The notes below the pieces were generated by a model. It saw nothing but the letters and a program-made list of their open reading frames with translations. It was not told the DNA's origin and did no database searches. The position numbers and the translations under genes were made by a program. A DNA stretch of 16,290 bases from a bacterium (GTDB taxonomy: Bacteria > Chloroflexota > Dehalococcoidia > Tepidiformales > Tepidiformaceae): positions 1 to 16,290 of the forward strand of contig CAMAUF010000008.1 of assembly GCA_945861295.1 (NCBI GenBank), given 5' to 3'. Shown here in pieces: positions 1 to 6,358 of the stretch; within the stretch, counting starts at the first letter, position 1, and each line of letters opens with the position of its first letter.

Positions 1-26
1 CCACCCCGTGGTTGGCCCGTGGAAGG

Positions 27-266
27 CTACTTCCAGGGATGGACTGGCCGGGTACCGACCCAGTCACGTCCGCCATACTCCGTGACGCGGTGGGGGCCGA
101 CCCACTTGACGTCGCCGTTCGACCACCGCTCGACGCGATCCGCCCCGACGTACTTCGCCGAGCCAGCCGGCCAGTAGGTGATCTCTTGGCCTCCGACGTA
201 CCGGCGGTCGCCCGTCGGGTTGAGGCGGTCGTTGCCCCAGGACTTCGCACCGAACAAGTCTTGCAT
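27..266 (-). CDS. Small (79 aa) Trp/Gly-rich hypothetical protein with ~4 degenerate W-x-G...P-containing repeats
   Basis: In-frame ATG at 266..264 within track ORF 27..377(-). A strong SD-like GAGGAG lies 5 nt upstream of it on the minus strand (plus-strand 'ctcctc' at 272-277). The product MQDLFGAKSWGNDRLNPTG... is repetitive, but I do not recognise the family. Confidence 0.4.
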   Translation of the reverse strand: MQDLFGAKSWGNDRLNPTGDRRYVGGQEITYWPAGSAKYVGADRVERWSNGDVKWVGPHRVTEYGGRDWVGTRPVHPWK

Positions 267-404
267 GGTAACTCCTCGTGTATCGAGTCCGAGCGACGGT
301 TCGGGTCGTCGTCGGCTGTCCAAATGATCGGAGCATCGGCCCGTGCCCAAACCAACGTTGCCGCAATTCTTGGGCAATTGTTCGACGGGGACGCTCAGGT
401 AAAC

Positions 405-440
405 TAGACGGCGTGGCGACCCGCACTCACCAGCCGTCTA
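405..440. promoter_or_regulatory. Inverted repeat TAGACGGC-(20 nt)-GCCGTCTA in the divergent intergenic region between the 27..266(-) and 495..1682(+) genes; candidate operator or stem-loop
   Basis: The 8-bp arms at 405-412 and 433-440 are perfect reverse complements. They sit between two divergently oriented ORFs. Confidence 0.25.
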
Positions 441-494
441 AGTTCTGGCAGGACTTCGTCCGCGCCCTTCGATGCCTGAGTCGTTCAACTGGAC

Positions 495-1682
495 TTGCGC
501 GGAATCGACTTCTACGAACTCCTTAGAGCGGTCCGCGCACTCACTCCCCCATACGACGGAATAGTAACCGCTTTGGCGGCGGCGCCCTCCGGTACGAGAC
601 TCAACGCCATCGCGGGTGAACTTGGCAAAGAGGCGTCCGCCGTGACCCTGGCCATCCAAAAGGTCGAGCTATCCCTGGGGGTGGTTAAGCGCGCCGACCT
701 ACGGAACGCTCTTTCGGCAGTCTGGGACGCCGCCGTGGCCCACGACCCGAACCTGGCAACCCAAGCAAACGAGACACGTTCGCGGTCGGCCCCGGCGCCC
801 GTTCCAACCGACGCCGACTACTGGATCGATGTCGTTCATCCAGATGGGTCAAGCCGAGCCGAGGACCTTACGCGGAAGAGGGTTCACCCTGTCATCCTGG
901 GCACCGCGAGGCTTTCCCTCGCTAGGAGCGATGTTGGCTGGTGGGTCGAGGCCATCGTTCCGCGACCCTGGGAAGTCCTCCTAAACGGGATACTCTGGGA
1001 TGGAAAGCCACCGATTCGTCTCGTGCCCGAAGATACCCTCTCCACCGAGAACCATACCCTCTTGTTCCACCAACGAGACGCGGTCGTCACGCACGCCACG
1101 CTGCAGCAAACGCACACCAAGTTGGTTGCAACCGACGACGGCGCGCAACTCGCATACCGTCTTTATCAGGGCGGGCCAGGCACCCCTGTCGTTGTTCTCG
1201 AGCCTCCAAGCCATAGTTGCCTAGACCTTGAGCTTGAGATGCCCTGGAACCGAGTCAACCGAAAGACGTTGTGCTACGCCGTCGATCGTCCTGTGGTTCG
1301 AGTATGCACCCGCGGGTGCGGAGAATCGACATGTCTGGAACCGGACATGAGCGTGCGCTCCCAAGTCCGTGACATCCAACTACTTCTCTCGCACATTCAC
1401 GAGACGGGCGAGTGCTCTCTCGAGAAGTATTACTTGCTCGCGACCAGGAACGCCGCGTTTGCCGCGCTTAGAATCGCGCAACTCAATCCTCGCGCCGTGG
1501 CAGGGATAACCCTCGAAGATCCTTGGGAGCATGGTTCAGACTTCTGGAGTCTGGAACAGGCTCAACAATTAGCCACACTTGTTGACAGAGCGTCGCGGAT
1601 GTTCTACCACAATTATGAGGAATCTAGCCGGTCATCGTTTAACAAAGACTTGCTGTCGCGTATGAGTTTGAACCGATCCTGA
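495..1682 (+). CDS. Hypothetical protein: predicted winged-helix-like N-terminal region fused to an alpha/beta-hydrolase-fold domain lacking the nucleophile Ser (GxSxG replaced by L-A-T-R-N)
   Basis: 395-aa ORF in the lower-GC block. The start is uncertain: TTG at 495 is the first start-like codon after the in-frame TGA at 477-479. The C-terminal half reads like an alpha/beta-hydrolase N-terminus (...DGAQLAYRLYQGGPGTPVVVLEPPS...), but where GHSxGG is expected it has YYLLATRNAAFAAL. The N-terminus (TRLNAIAGELGKEASAVTLAIQKVELSLGVVKR) looks like a wHTH. Confidence 0.5.
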   Translation: MRGIDFYELLRAVRALTPPYDGIVTALAAAPSGTRLNAIAGELGKEASAVTLAIQKVELSLGVVKRADLRNALSAVWDAAVAHDPNLATQANETRSRSAPAPVPTDADYWIDVVHPDGSSRAEDLTRKRVHPVILGTARLSLARSDVGWWVEAIVPRPWEVLLNGILWDGKPPIRLVPEDTLSTENHTLLFHQRDAVVTHATLQQTHTKLVATDDGAQLAYRLYQGGPGTPVVVLEPPSHSCLDLELEMPWNRVNRKTLCYAVDRPVVRVCTRGCGESTCLEPDMSVRSQVRDIQLLLSHIHETGECSLEKYYLLATRNAAFAALRIAQLNPRAVAGITLEDPWEHGSDFWSLEQAQQLATLVDRASRMFYHNYEESSRSSFNKDLLSRMSLNRS

Positions 1683-1824
1683 CATGCTTGCCACCGATTA
1701 CAAGGACAGACATACTGATCATCGTTGTTGATCCAGACAGAACATCCATTCAGCGTGCTTCCTGTAGCCTGCGGACGTAGTAGGTTGAGGGAACAATTCG
1801 ACTTGGACTGGACGCGCACAATGG

Positions 1825-2304
1825 TTGTATTGCTGCATGGCAAACGCGGAATTCACTAGTTTCTTGTGCAGATTTCTGGACGGTCCCTTCACAGGCTCGA
1901 CCGATGCTCTGTACGGAGCGGTCACGCGCCTTCTGCCGCTGCTCGATGAGTCGGCCGAGTGCCCGACGATTGCTCACTTTAACAACCTCCTATCTGATCC
2001 CAGCATCGTGCAATACGCAGCCACGATCGATGACAACGGCGTAGTGGTGGGATTAGCCACGGTGGCTGTCTTGCCGCTTGCCAGCGGGCTGCGAGCCACA
2101 ATTGAGGACGTTGTCGTGGACACTGACTACCGCGGAAACGGCATCGGTCGCGCGCTAGTCGAGCACTGCATCGAGCTTGCGAGAGAAGCCGGATGTATCA
2201 GTATCCACTTGACGAGCGCGCCGTTTCGGGAGGAGGCTAACCGCCTCTATCAGAGACTGGGCTTTTCACTGCTCACAACTAACCCATACGGGCTCGACTT
2301 GTGA
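1825..2304 (+). CDS. GNAT family N-acetyltransferase
   Basis: 159-aa ORF carrying the canonical acetyl-CoA binding motif 'IEDVVVDTDYRGNGIGRALVEHCIELAREAGCISIHL' (Q/R-x-x-G-x-G/A), followed by '...RLYQRLGF'. An alternative start MANAEF lies at 1840. Confidence 0.8.
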   Translation: MYCCMANAEFTSFLCRFLDGPFTGSTDALYGAVTRLLPLLDESAECPTIAHFNNLLSDPSIVQYAATIDDNGVVVGLATVAVLPLASGLRATIEDVVVDTDYRGNGIGRALVEHCIELAREAGCISIHLTSAPFREEANRLYQRLGFSLLTTNPYGLDL

Positions 2305-2426
2305 AGTGCGTTCTGACGGTCCGCTTGCCAACCCGCTGCGAAAGCCGCCGCGGAGGCTGCCAGGAAGCCGCCGACCCGGCGGCTGAGCTGCGGGACGTGC
2401 TTCTGGGGGATGTTGCGGGTGGCCAT
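2250..2426 (-). CDS. Candidate small ORF (58 aa) with near-ideal Shine-Dalgarno and a twin-arginine-signal-like N-terminus (…LSRRVGGFLAASAAAFAAGWQA…)
   Basis: ATG at 2426..2424. The minus strand reads AAAGGAGAACCACC-ATG (AAGGAG with a 7-nt spacer). It is in frame with the artefactual 487-aa minus ORF, and its 3' end runs antisense to the last 55 nt of the GNAT gene. The region is otherwise a 365-bp gap upstream of the VOC gene. Confidence 0.3.
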   Translation of the reverse strand: MATRNIPQKHVPQLSRRVGGFLAASAAAFAAGWQADRQNALHKSSPYGLVVSSEKPSL

Positions 2427-2549
2427 GGTGGTTCTCCTTTGTGTTCCAGGGGCTCCCTGGACACCCAAAGAATCGCTGTTTGGCCTCGCGCCGCCTTCGC
2501 ACAAAGCGCGCCAAACTCGCGCGGGCCGCGCTGGGCGAGGCCAAATCCG

Positions 2550-2570
2550 AGTAGCACAATCCGTGCTACT
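2550..2570. other. Perfect 8-bp-stem hairpin AGTAGCAC-aatcc-GTGCTACT, with AATCCG repeated just before each arm
   Basis: Arms 2550-2557 and 2563-2570 are exact reverse complements, and 'aatccg' occurs at 2544-2549 and 2558-2563. The hairpin lies in the GNAT-VOC intergenic region at the low-GC/high-GC transition and has no U-tract. Confidence 0.35.
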
Positions 2571-2669
2571 CGCCCGCCCGGCCTTGCCTACGGCTATCAC
2601 GCCCTTCAGCCCTCGACCCCCGAGCGTGAGCCTCGTAGGCTCCGCGCAACCTCCCCCGGAGCAACCGTC

Positions 2670-3662
2670 ATGCCTACGCCCGCCGAACCTTGGCTCGCCC
2701 AGTGCGCCTTCAGCGTCGCCGACCTCCCGCGTTCCCTCGATTTCTACTGCCGCGTCCTCGGTTTCGTGCGCTCCAACGGCCTCATGGGCGTGGGCGAGGG
2801 GTTGTCGCGCATCCAGGGCTTGCCCGAGCCCGGCGCCGCGACGCTCTGGTGGGCCATCGACCGGCAGGATTTCGTCCAGCTCGAATTCTGGAACTACACT
2901 CGCCCCCGTCCGCGGGCCAGGCGGGACGATTGGCGCTCGAGCGACGTGGGCTACACCCGCGTCGCCTTCCACGTCGCCGACTTTGACGCCGCTGTCGCCC
3001 GGCTCCGTGACGCGAGCGTCCTGCCGATGGCGCCTGTGATGGACCCCGCAGGTGACCGCCGCGTAGCCTTTCGTGACTACGAGGGCCTCGTCTTCGAGCT
3101 GATGGAACGCGACCTGACGCCCTGGGGCGCGAAGCCGCCGCGCTATCCTGAGACGCCCGTCGCCGTCCGCGCGGTGAGCCTTTCGACCCCCGACTTGGGA
3201 CGTTCGCTGCGCTTTTGGTGCGAGGGCCTCGGCTGCGTGGAGCAGCCGGGCCTCATCCTGCATACCCCGGAGATGGAGGCGCTCTGGGGCCTCGAAGGCG
3301 CGACCTGCGAGTCCGCGGTCGTCCGCGCCGGCGACCTTCTCTTGGAGTTGCAACAATACACCGCGCCCGCCCCCCGGCCCTGGCGGGCAGGCTACGTCCT
3401 CAACGACCTCGGCTTCTTGAATGTCGCGATGGGTTACCGCAGCCGGGCGCACCTGGAAGCGACCTACGCCAATCTGATCGAGATGGGCTATTCGGCCAAC
3501 GTCGTCCCTGGCAAGCGCGGGCCATTCGCCTCGACCTACGTCAACGACGACCAAGGCTTTTCCGTCGAGCTGTTCTACAACGAGCCCGAACTCGATTGCC
3601 TCCTGGGCTTCGAACCCGAGCGCACCTTTCGCGACATCGAGGTGGCTGGCGTGCCCTGGTGA
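2670..3662 (+). CDS. Two-domain VOC (glyoxalase / bleomycin-resistance / extradiol-dioxygenase) family protein
   Basis: I take the start at the ATG at 2670 (MPTPAEPWLAQCAFSVADLPRSLDFYCRVLGFV...), which is in frame with track ORF 2301..3662. 'DFYCRVLGF' and the second-domain 'LRFWCEGLGCV' are classic VOC beta-alpha-beta-beta-beta N-terminal motifs. The in-frame translation upstream of 2670 is low-complexity and not protein-like. Confidence 0.8.
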   Translation: MPTPAEPWLAQCAFSVADLPRSLDFYCRVLGFVRSNGLMGVGEGLSRIQGLPEPGAATLWWAIDRQDFVQLEFWNYTRPRPRARRDDWRSSDVGYTRVAFHVADFDAAVARLRDASVLPMAPVMDPAGDRRVAFRDYEGLVFELMERDLTPWGAKPPRYPETPVAVRAVSLSTPDLGRSLRFWCEGLGCVEQPGLILHTPEMEALWGLEGATCESAVVRAGDLLLELQQYTAPAPRPWRAGYVLNDLGFLNVAMGYRSRAHLEATYANLIEMGYSANVVPGKRGPFASTYVNDDQGFSVELFYNEPELDCLLGFEPERTFRDIEVAGVPW

Positions 3663-3687
3663 GCGCGCCCGAGGCGCTTCGCTGGCC

Positions 3688-4032
3688 TCACGGGACCATG
3701 ACGGGCAGCCCATGCGGCGACCCGCGCGCCGGATCCCACGGCCCGAAGACGCCGACGATCGTGTTTGCGACGAGCGCCGGCCGGCGTGCCATCAGTGCGC
3801 GCCCGGGCCCGTCAGCGTACAACCGGGTGAACTCGGCCCGCATCTCGTCCTCGGAGCGGTGCACGGTCAGCCAGACGGCGAGGTCCTCGCCGCTCGCGCT
3901 CGTGCTGGCATAGGGACCGCCCGCGCGCACGACGCCGTTCGCGTCCCAAAGCGCTACGACCTCGGCGCTCCAGGCCCAGTAGGCGGCGGCTTTGCCACGC
4001 ACGATGACGACGGTGACGACGCGAAGGTGCAT
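3688..4032 (-). CDS. Small hypothetical alpha+beta protein, loosely DUF1330/Dabb-like
   Basis: 114-aa ORF convergent with the VOC gene and divergent from the flotillin-like gene. The pattern 'VVTVVIV...AY.AW...GVVRAGG...SGEDLAVWLTVHRSEDEMRAEF' resembles DUF1330/Dabb-fold proteins. No clear SD. Confidence 0.35.
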   Translation of the reverse strand: MHLRVVTVVIVRGKAAAYWAWSAEVVALWDANGVVRAGGPYASTSASGEDLAVWLTVHRSEDEMRAEFTRLYADGPGRALMARRPALVANTIVGVFGPWDPARGSPHGLPVMVP

Positions 4033-4080
4033 GAGCCGGGTTGTACGCTTCTCGGCCTGCCGCCGTCAACCAGGCCGTCG

Positions 4081-4130
4081 CTATGGCCTCTATCCATAGC
4101 GCTCACGTAGACATCCATAGACATTCGATG
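4081..4130. promoter_or_regulatory. AT-richer patch with repeated CCATAG / CTATGG elements upstream of the flotillin-like gene; candidate promoter or operator
   Basis: CTATGG (4081-4086), ATCCATAG (4092-4099), ATCCATAG (4113-4120), and CCAT...ATGG (4115-4130). This gives an inverted plus a direct repeat within ~50 bp of the divergent intergenic region. Confidence 0.25.
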
Positions 4131-4162
4131 GCAGCGTGCCGTAATCTACGAGGTGATCGCTT

Positions 4163-6259
4163 GTGGGCGGCAATCGCCGCCCGGCGGGCGTGGACGGGCG
4201 CGGGCGGACTTCTCGCGCGATGGTTAGACTACTCCCCATGGAAACTCTCTACGTGCTCCTCGGCGTCATCATCGGCGTCCCGCTGCTGCTGTTCCTCCTG
4301 CTCGTCATGACGGGTGCCGTCGTCAACATCGGCGGCCAACAGGTCGGCCTGCTCGAACGGCGTTACGTCGGCCGGGGCCTCCCCGAAGGCCGCGTCATCG
4401 CCATGCGCGGCGAGGTCGGCATTCAGGCGCGCGTCCTGCCGCCTGGCCTCCACATCCTGATCCCGTTCCTTTATAAGACGCGCAAGACGCCGATGGTCGT
4501 GATCAACGAAGACGAAGTCGGCATCGTCGAATCGATCGACGGCCACGCGCTGGAGGCCGGCCGCATCTTCGCCCGGCGCGTCCCCTCCCACGATACCTTC
4601 CAGGACGGCGAGAGCTTCCTCAGCAACGACGGCCAGAAGGGCACCCAAGTCGATGTCCTCCCGCCGGGCCAATTCCGGATCAACACCTACCTTTTCCGCA
4701 TCCGAGTCGAAAAAGCGCTGATCGTGGCGGCCAGCCAGGTCGGCATCGTCACCGCGCGGGATGGCCAGCCGATCGCGCCGGGCCGTCTCCTCGCCCGGCT
4801 CACGTCCGGCCATATCGCCTTCCAAGACGCCGAGTCCTTTCTCGCCAATCACGGACAGCGCGGACCGCAGATCGAACTCGTGCTCCCGGGCCGCTACCGC
4901 ATCAACTCCGACTTTTTCGGGGTCGAGGTGCGGCCCGCGACGGTCGTGGCCGCGAACATGGTCGGCCTCGTCACCGCCAAAGACGGCCAGCCACTCCCCG
5001 GCGGCGAACTCGTCGCCGCCCACGTCGAAGGCCACACGGACTACCAGGACGCCTCCGCGTTCATCATCGCCAACGGCCAACGCGGCCCCCAGTTCGACCT
5101 GCTCAAACCGGGCACCTACTACATCAACCCGCTGATGTTCGATGTCGGGCTGGATGAGGTTGCGATCGTGCAGCGCGGCGAAGTCGCCGTCCTCGTCTCG
5201 AATGTTGGCGCCGAACCGCAGGTCCAGTCCGAAGACGAGCGGCTCGCGCCCGCCCAGGAGCGGTATGTCGTCCCGGCCGGGTTCCGCGGCATCCAGCGCG
5301 ACGTGGCCGGACCGGGCGTCTACTACCTCAACCGCTGGGCCTACATCGCTTACGTCATCCCCACGACCAACCTCACCGTCGACTGGGCCGAGGAAGGCCT
5401 CATGCCCGACGGCGACAAACCCGACCCCACCGTCCTCGAGAGCAAGCGGGTCCAGCTTTTCAACCCGCTCGCCGTAATTAGCCGCGACGGCTTCGAGATG
5501 CGCGTGAGCGTCAAAGTCATCATCCGCGTCCGGCCGGATCAGGCGCCGCTTATGGTCGCCAAGATCGGCTCCGTCCAGAACCTCGTCGACCACGTCATCC
5601 ACCCAATGATCGATTCCTCGTTCCGTAACCAAGCGTCGTCGACCGAGGCGATGGCGTTCATGCAGGACCGCGCCGTCGAGCAGGAGAAGGCGGAATCACG
5701 CGCCCGCGAAGAGCTGGAGAAGTACCACGTCGAGTGCGTCCGCGTGCTCATCTCGCAGATCATCCTTCCGCAAGAGCTGATGACGATTCACACGCGGCGC
5801 GTTATCGCGGCGCAGCAACAGGCGATGTTCATCGAGCAGCAGAAGAGCGAGCAGGAGCGCATCGCCACCGAGAACACGCGCGCCCAGGCCGATAAGCAGA
5901 TCGACCTCGTCGCCGCCCAGGTCGGCGTGCAGATCGCCGAGCAAAACCGGCAGAAGACCGTCATCGAGGCCGAAGGCCAGGCCCGGGCCGTCGAACTCGC
6001 GGGTTCGGCGGAAGCGACGAAGATCCGCGCCGTCGGCGAAGCCACCGCCGAAGCCTACGACAAGCAGCAGGAGGCGGTCGGCCAAAGCAACCTCTTCGGC
6101 ATCGAAGTCGTCAAGGCGATTTCGGCCGCCGGCCTGAAGATCACGCCGGACATCCTGGTCAGCGGCGGGGGCGGGGATTCCGCCAGCGGCAACATCTTTG
6201 CCGCCTTCATGGCGCAAATGTTGGCTGGCCAGCGCCCGCCAACGACGCCAACGCCGTAG
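4163..6259 (+). CDS. Flotillin-like SPFH/band-7 membrane protein with N-terminal TM helix, three to four tandem ~75-aa repeats N-terminal to the SPFH core, and C-terminal coiled-coil
   Basis: The GTG at 4163 has GAGGTGA 7 nt upstream; alternative ATGs lie at 4220 and 4238. The protein has a basic N-terminus, then the TM 'LYVLLGVIIGVPLLLFLLLVMTGAVV'. Repeats 'VGIV(E/T)..DG..(L/I)..G........H..FQD..SF...(N)GQ(K/R)G.Q...L.PG.(F/Y)RIN' occur three times, plus a fourth degenerate copy. The SPFH core is 'ISRDGFEMRVSVKVIIRVRPDQAPLMVAKIGS...'. An EA/Q-rich flotillin-type C-terminus follows ('AEQNRQKTVIEAEGQARAVELAGSAEATKIRAVGEATAEAY'). Confidence 0.85.
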   Translation: MGGNRRPAGVDGRGRTSRAMVRLLPMETLYVLLGVIIGVPLLLFLLLVMTGAVVNIGGQQVGLLERRYVGRGLPEGRVIAMRGEVGIQARVLPPGLHILIPFLYKTRKTPMVVINEDEVGIVESIDGHALEAGRIFARRVPSHDTFQDGESFLSNDGQKGTQVDVLPPGQFRINTYLFRIRVEKALIVAASQVGIVTARDGQPIAPGRLLARLTSGHIAFQDAESFLANHGQRGPQIELVLPGRYRINSDFFGVEVRPATVVAANMVGLVTAKDGQPLPGGELVAAHVEGHTDYQDASAFIIANGQRGPQFDLLKPGTYYINPLMFDVGLDEVAIVQRGEVAVLVSNVGAEPQVQSEDERLAPAQERYVVPAGFRGIQRDVAGPGVYYLNRWAYIAYVIPTTNLTVDWAEEGLMPDGDKPDPTVLESKRVQLFNPLAVISRDGFEMRVSVKVIIRVRPDQAPLMVAKIGSVQNLVDHVIHPMIDSSFRNQASSTEAMAFMQDRAVEQEKAESRAREELEKYHVECVRVLISQIILPQELMTIHTRRVIAAQQQAMFIEQQKSEQERIATENTRAQADKQIDLVAAQVGVQIAEQNRQKTVIEAEGQARAVELAGSAEATKIRAVGEATAEAYDKQQEAVGQSNLFGIEVVKAISAAGLKITPDILVSGGGGDSASGNIFAAFMAQMLAGQRPPTTPTP

Positions 6260-6297
6260 ACCGACGCCCGCCGCGTCAGCTTCCTGAACGCCAGAGT

Positions 6298-6333
6298 GGG
6301 CCGGGCGTCCTTCCAACGAAGGATGCCCGGCCC
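6298..6333. terminator. 16-bp-stem hairpin (GGGCCGGGCGUCCUUC-caac-GAAGGAUGCCCGGCCC, one G·U pair) between convergent flotillin-like (+) and PEP-utiliser paralog 3 (-) genes; likely bidirectional intrinsic-type terminator without U-tract
   Basis: Arms 6298-6313 and 6318-6333. It sits 39 nt after the TAG at 6257-6259 and 25 nt before the minus-strand stop at 6359-6361. Confidence 0.45.
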
Positions 6334-6358
6334 GCGCCATTTCCTCGCCCGCCGGGAA

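Noticed and set aside
12-407. 131-aa plus-strand ORF at window start
   Set aside because: It overlaps the minus-strand 27..266 ORF, which has a strong GAGGAG RBS. The plus-strand product is less protein-like and has no RBS. Kept only as an alternative.
2250-3713. 487-aa minus-strand ORF covering the VOC gene region
   Set aside because: It runs antisense to a well-supported VOC-family CDS. Its translation is Gly/Arg/Ala low-complexity, typical of open alternative frames in ~70% GC DNA. Only its extreme 3' 58 codons (2250..2426) were kept as a separate small-ORF candidate.
4229-5632. 467-aa minus-strand ORF
   Set aside because: It runs antisense to the flotillin-like gene, with an acidic low-complexity translation. 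Artefact of GC-rich codon-position bias.
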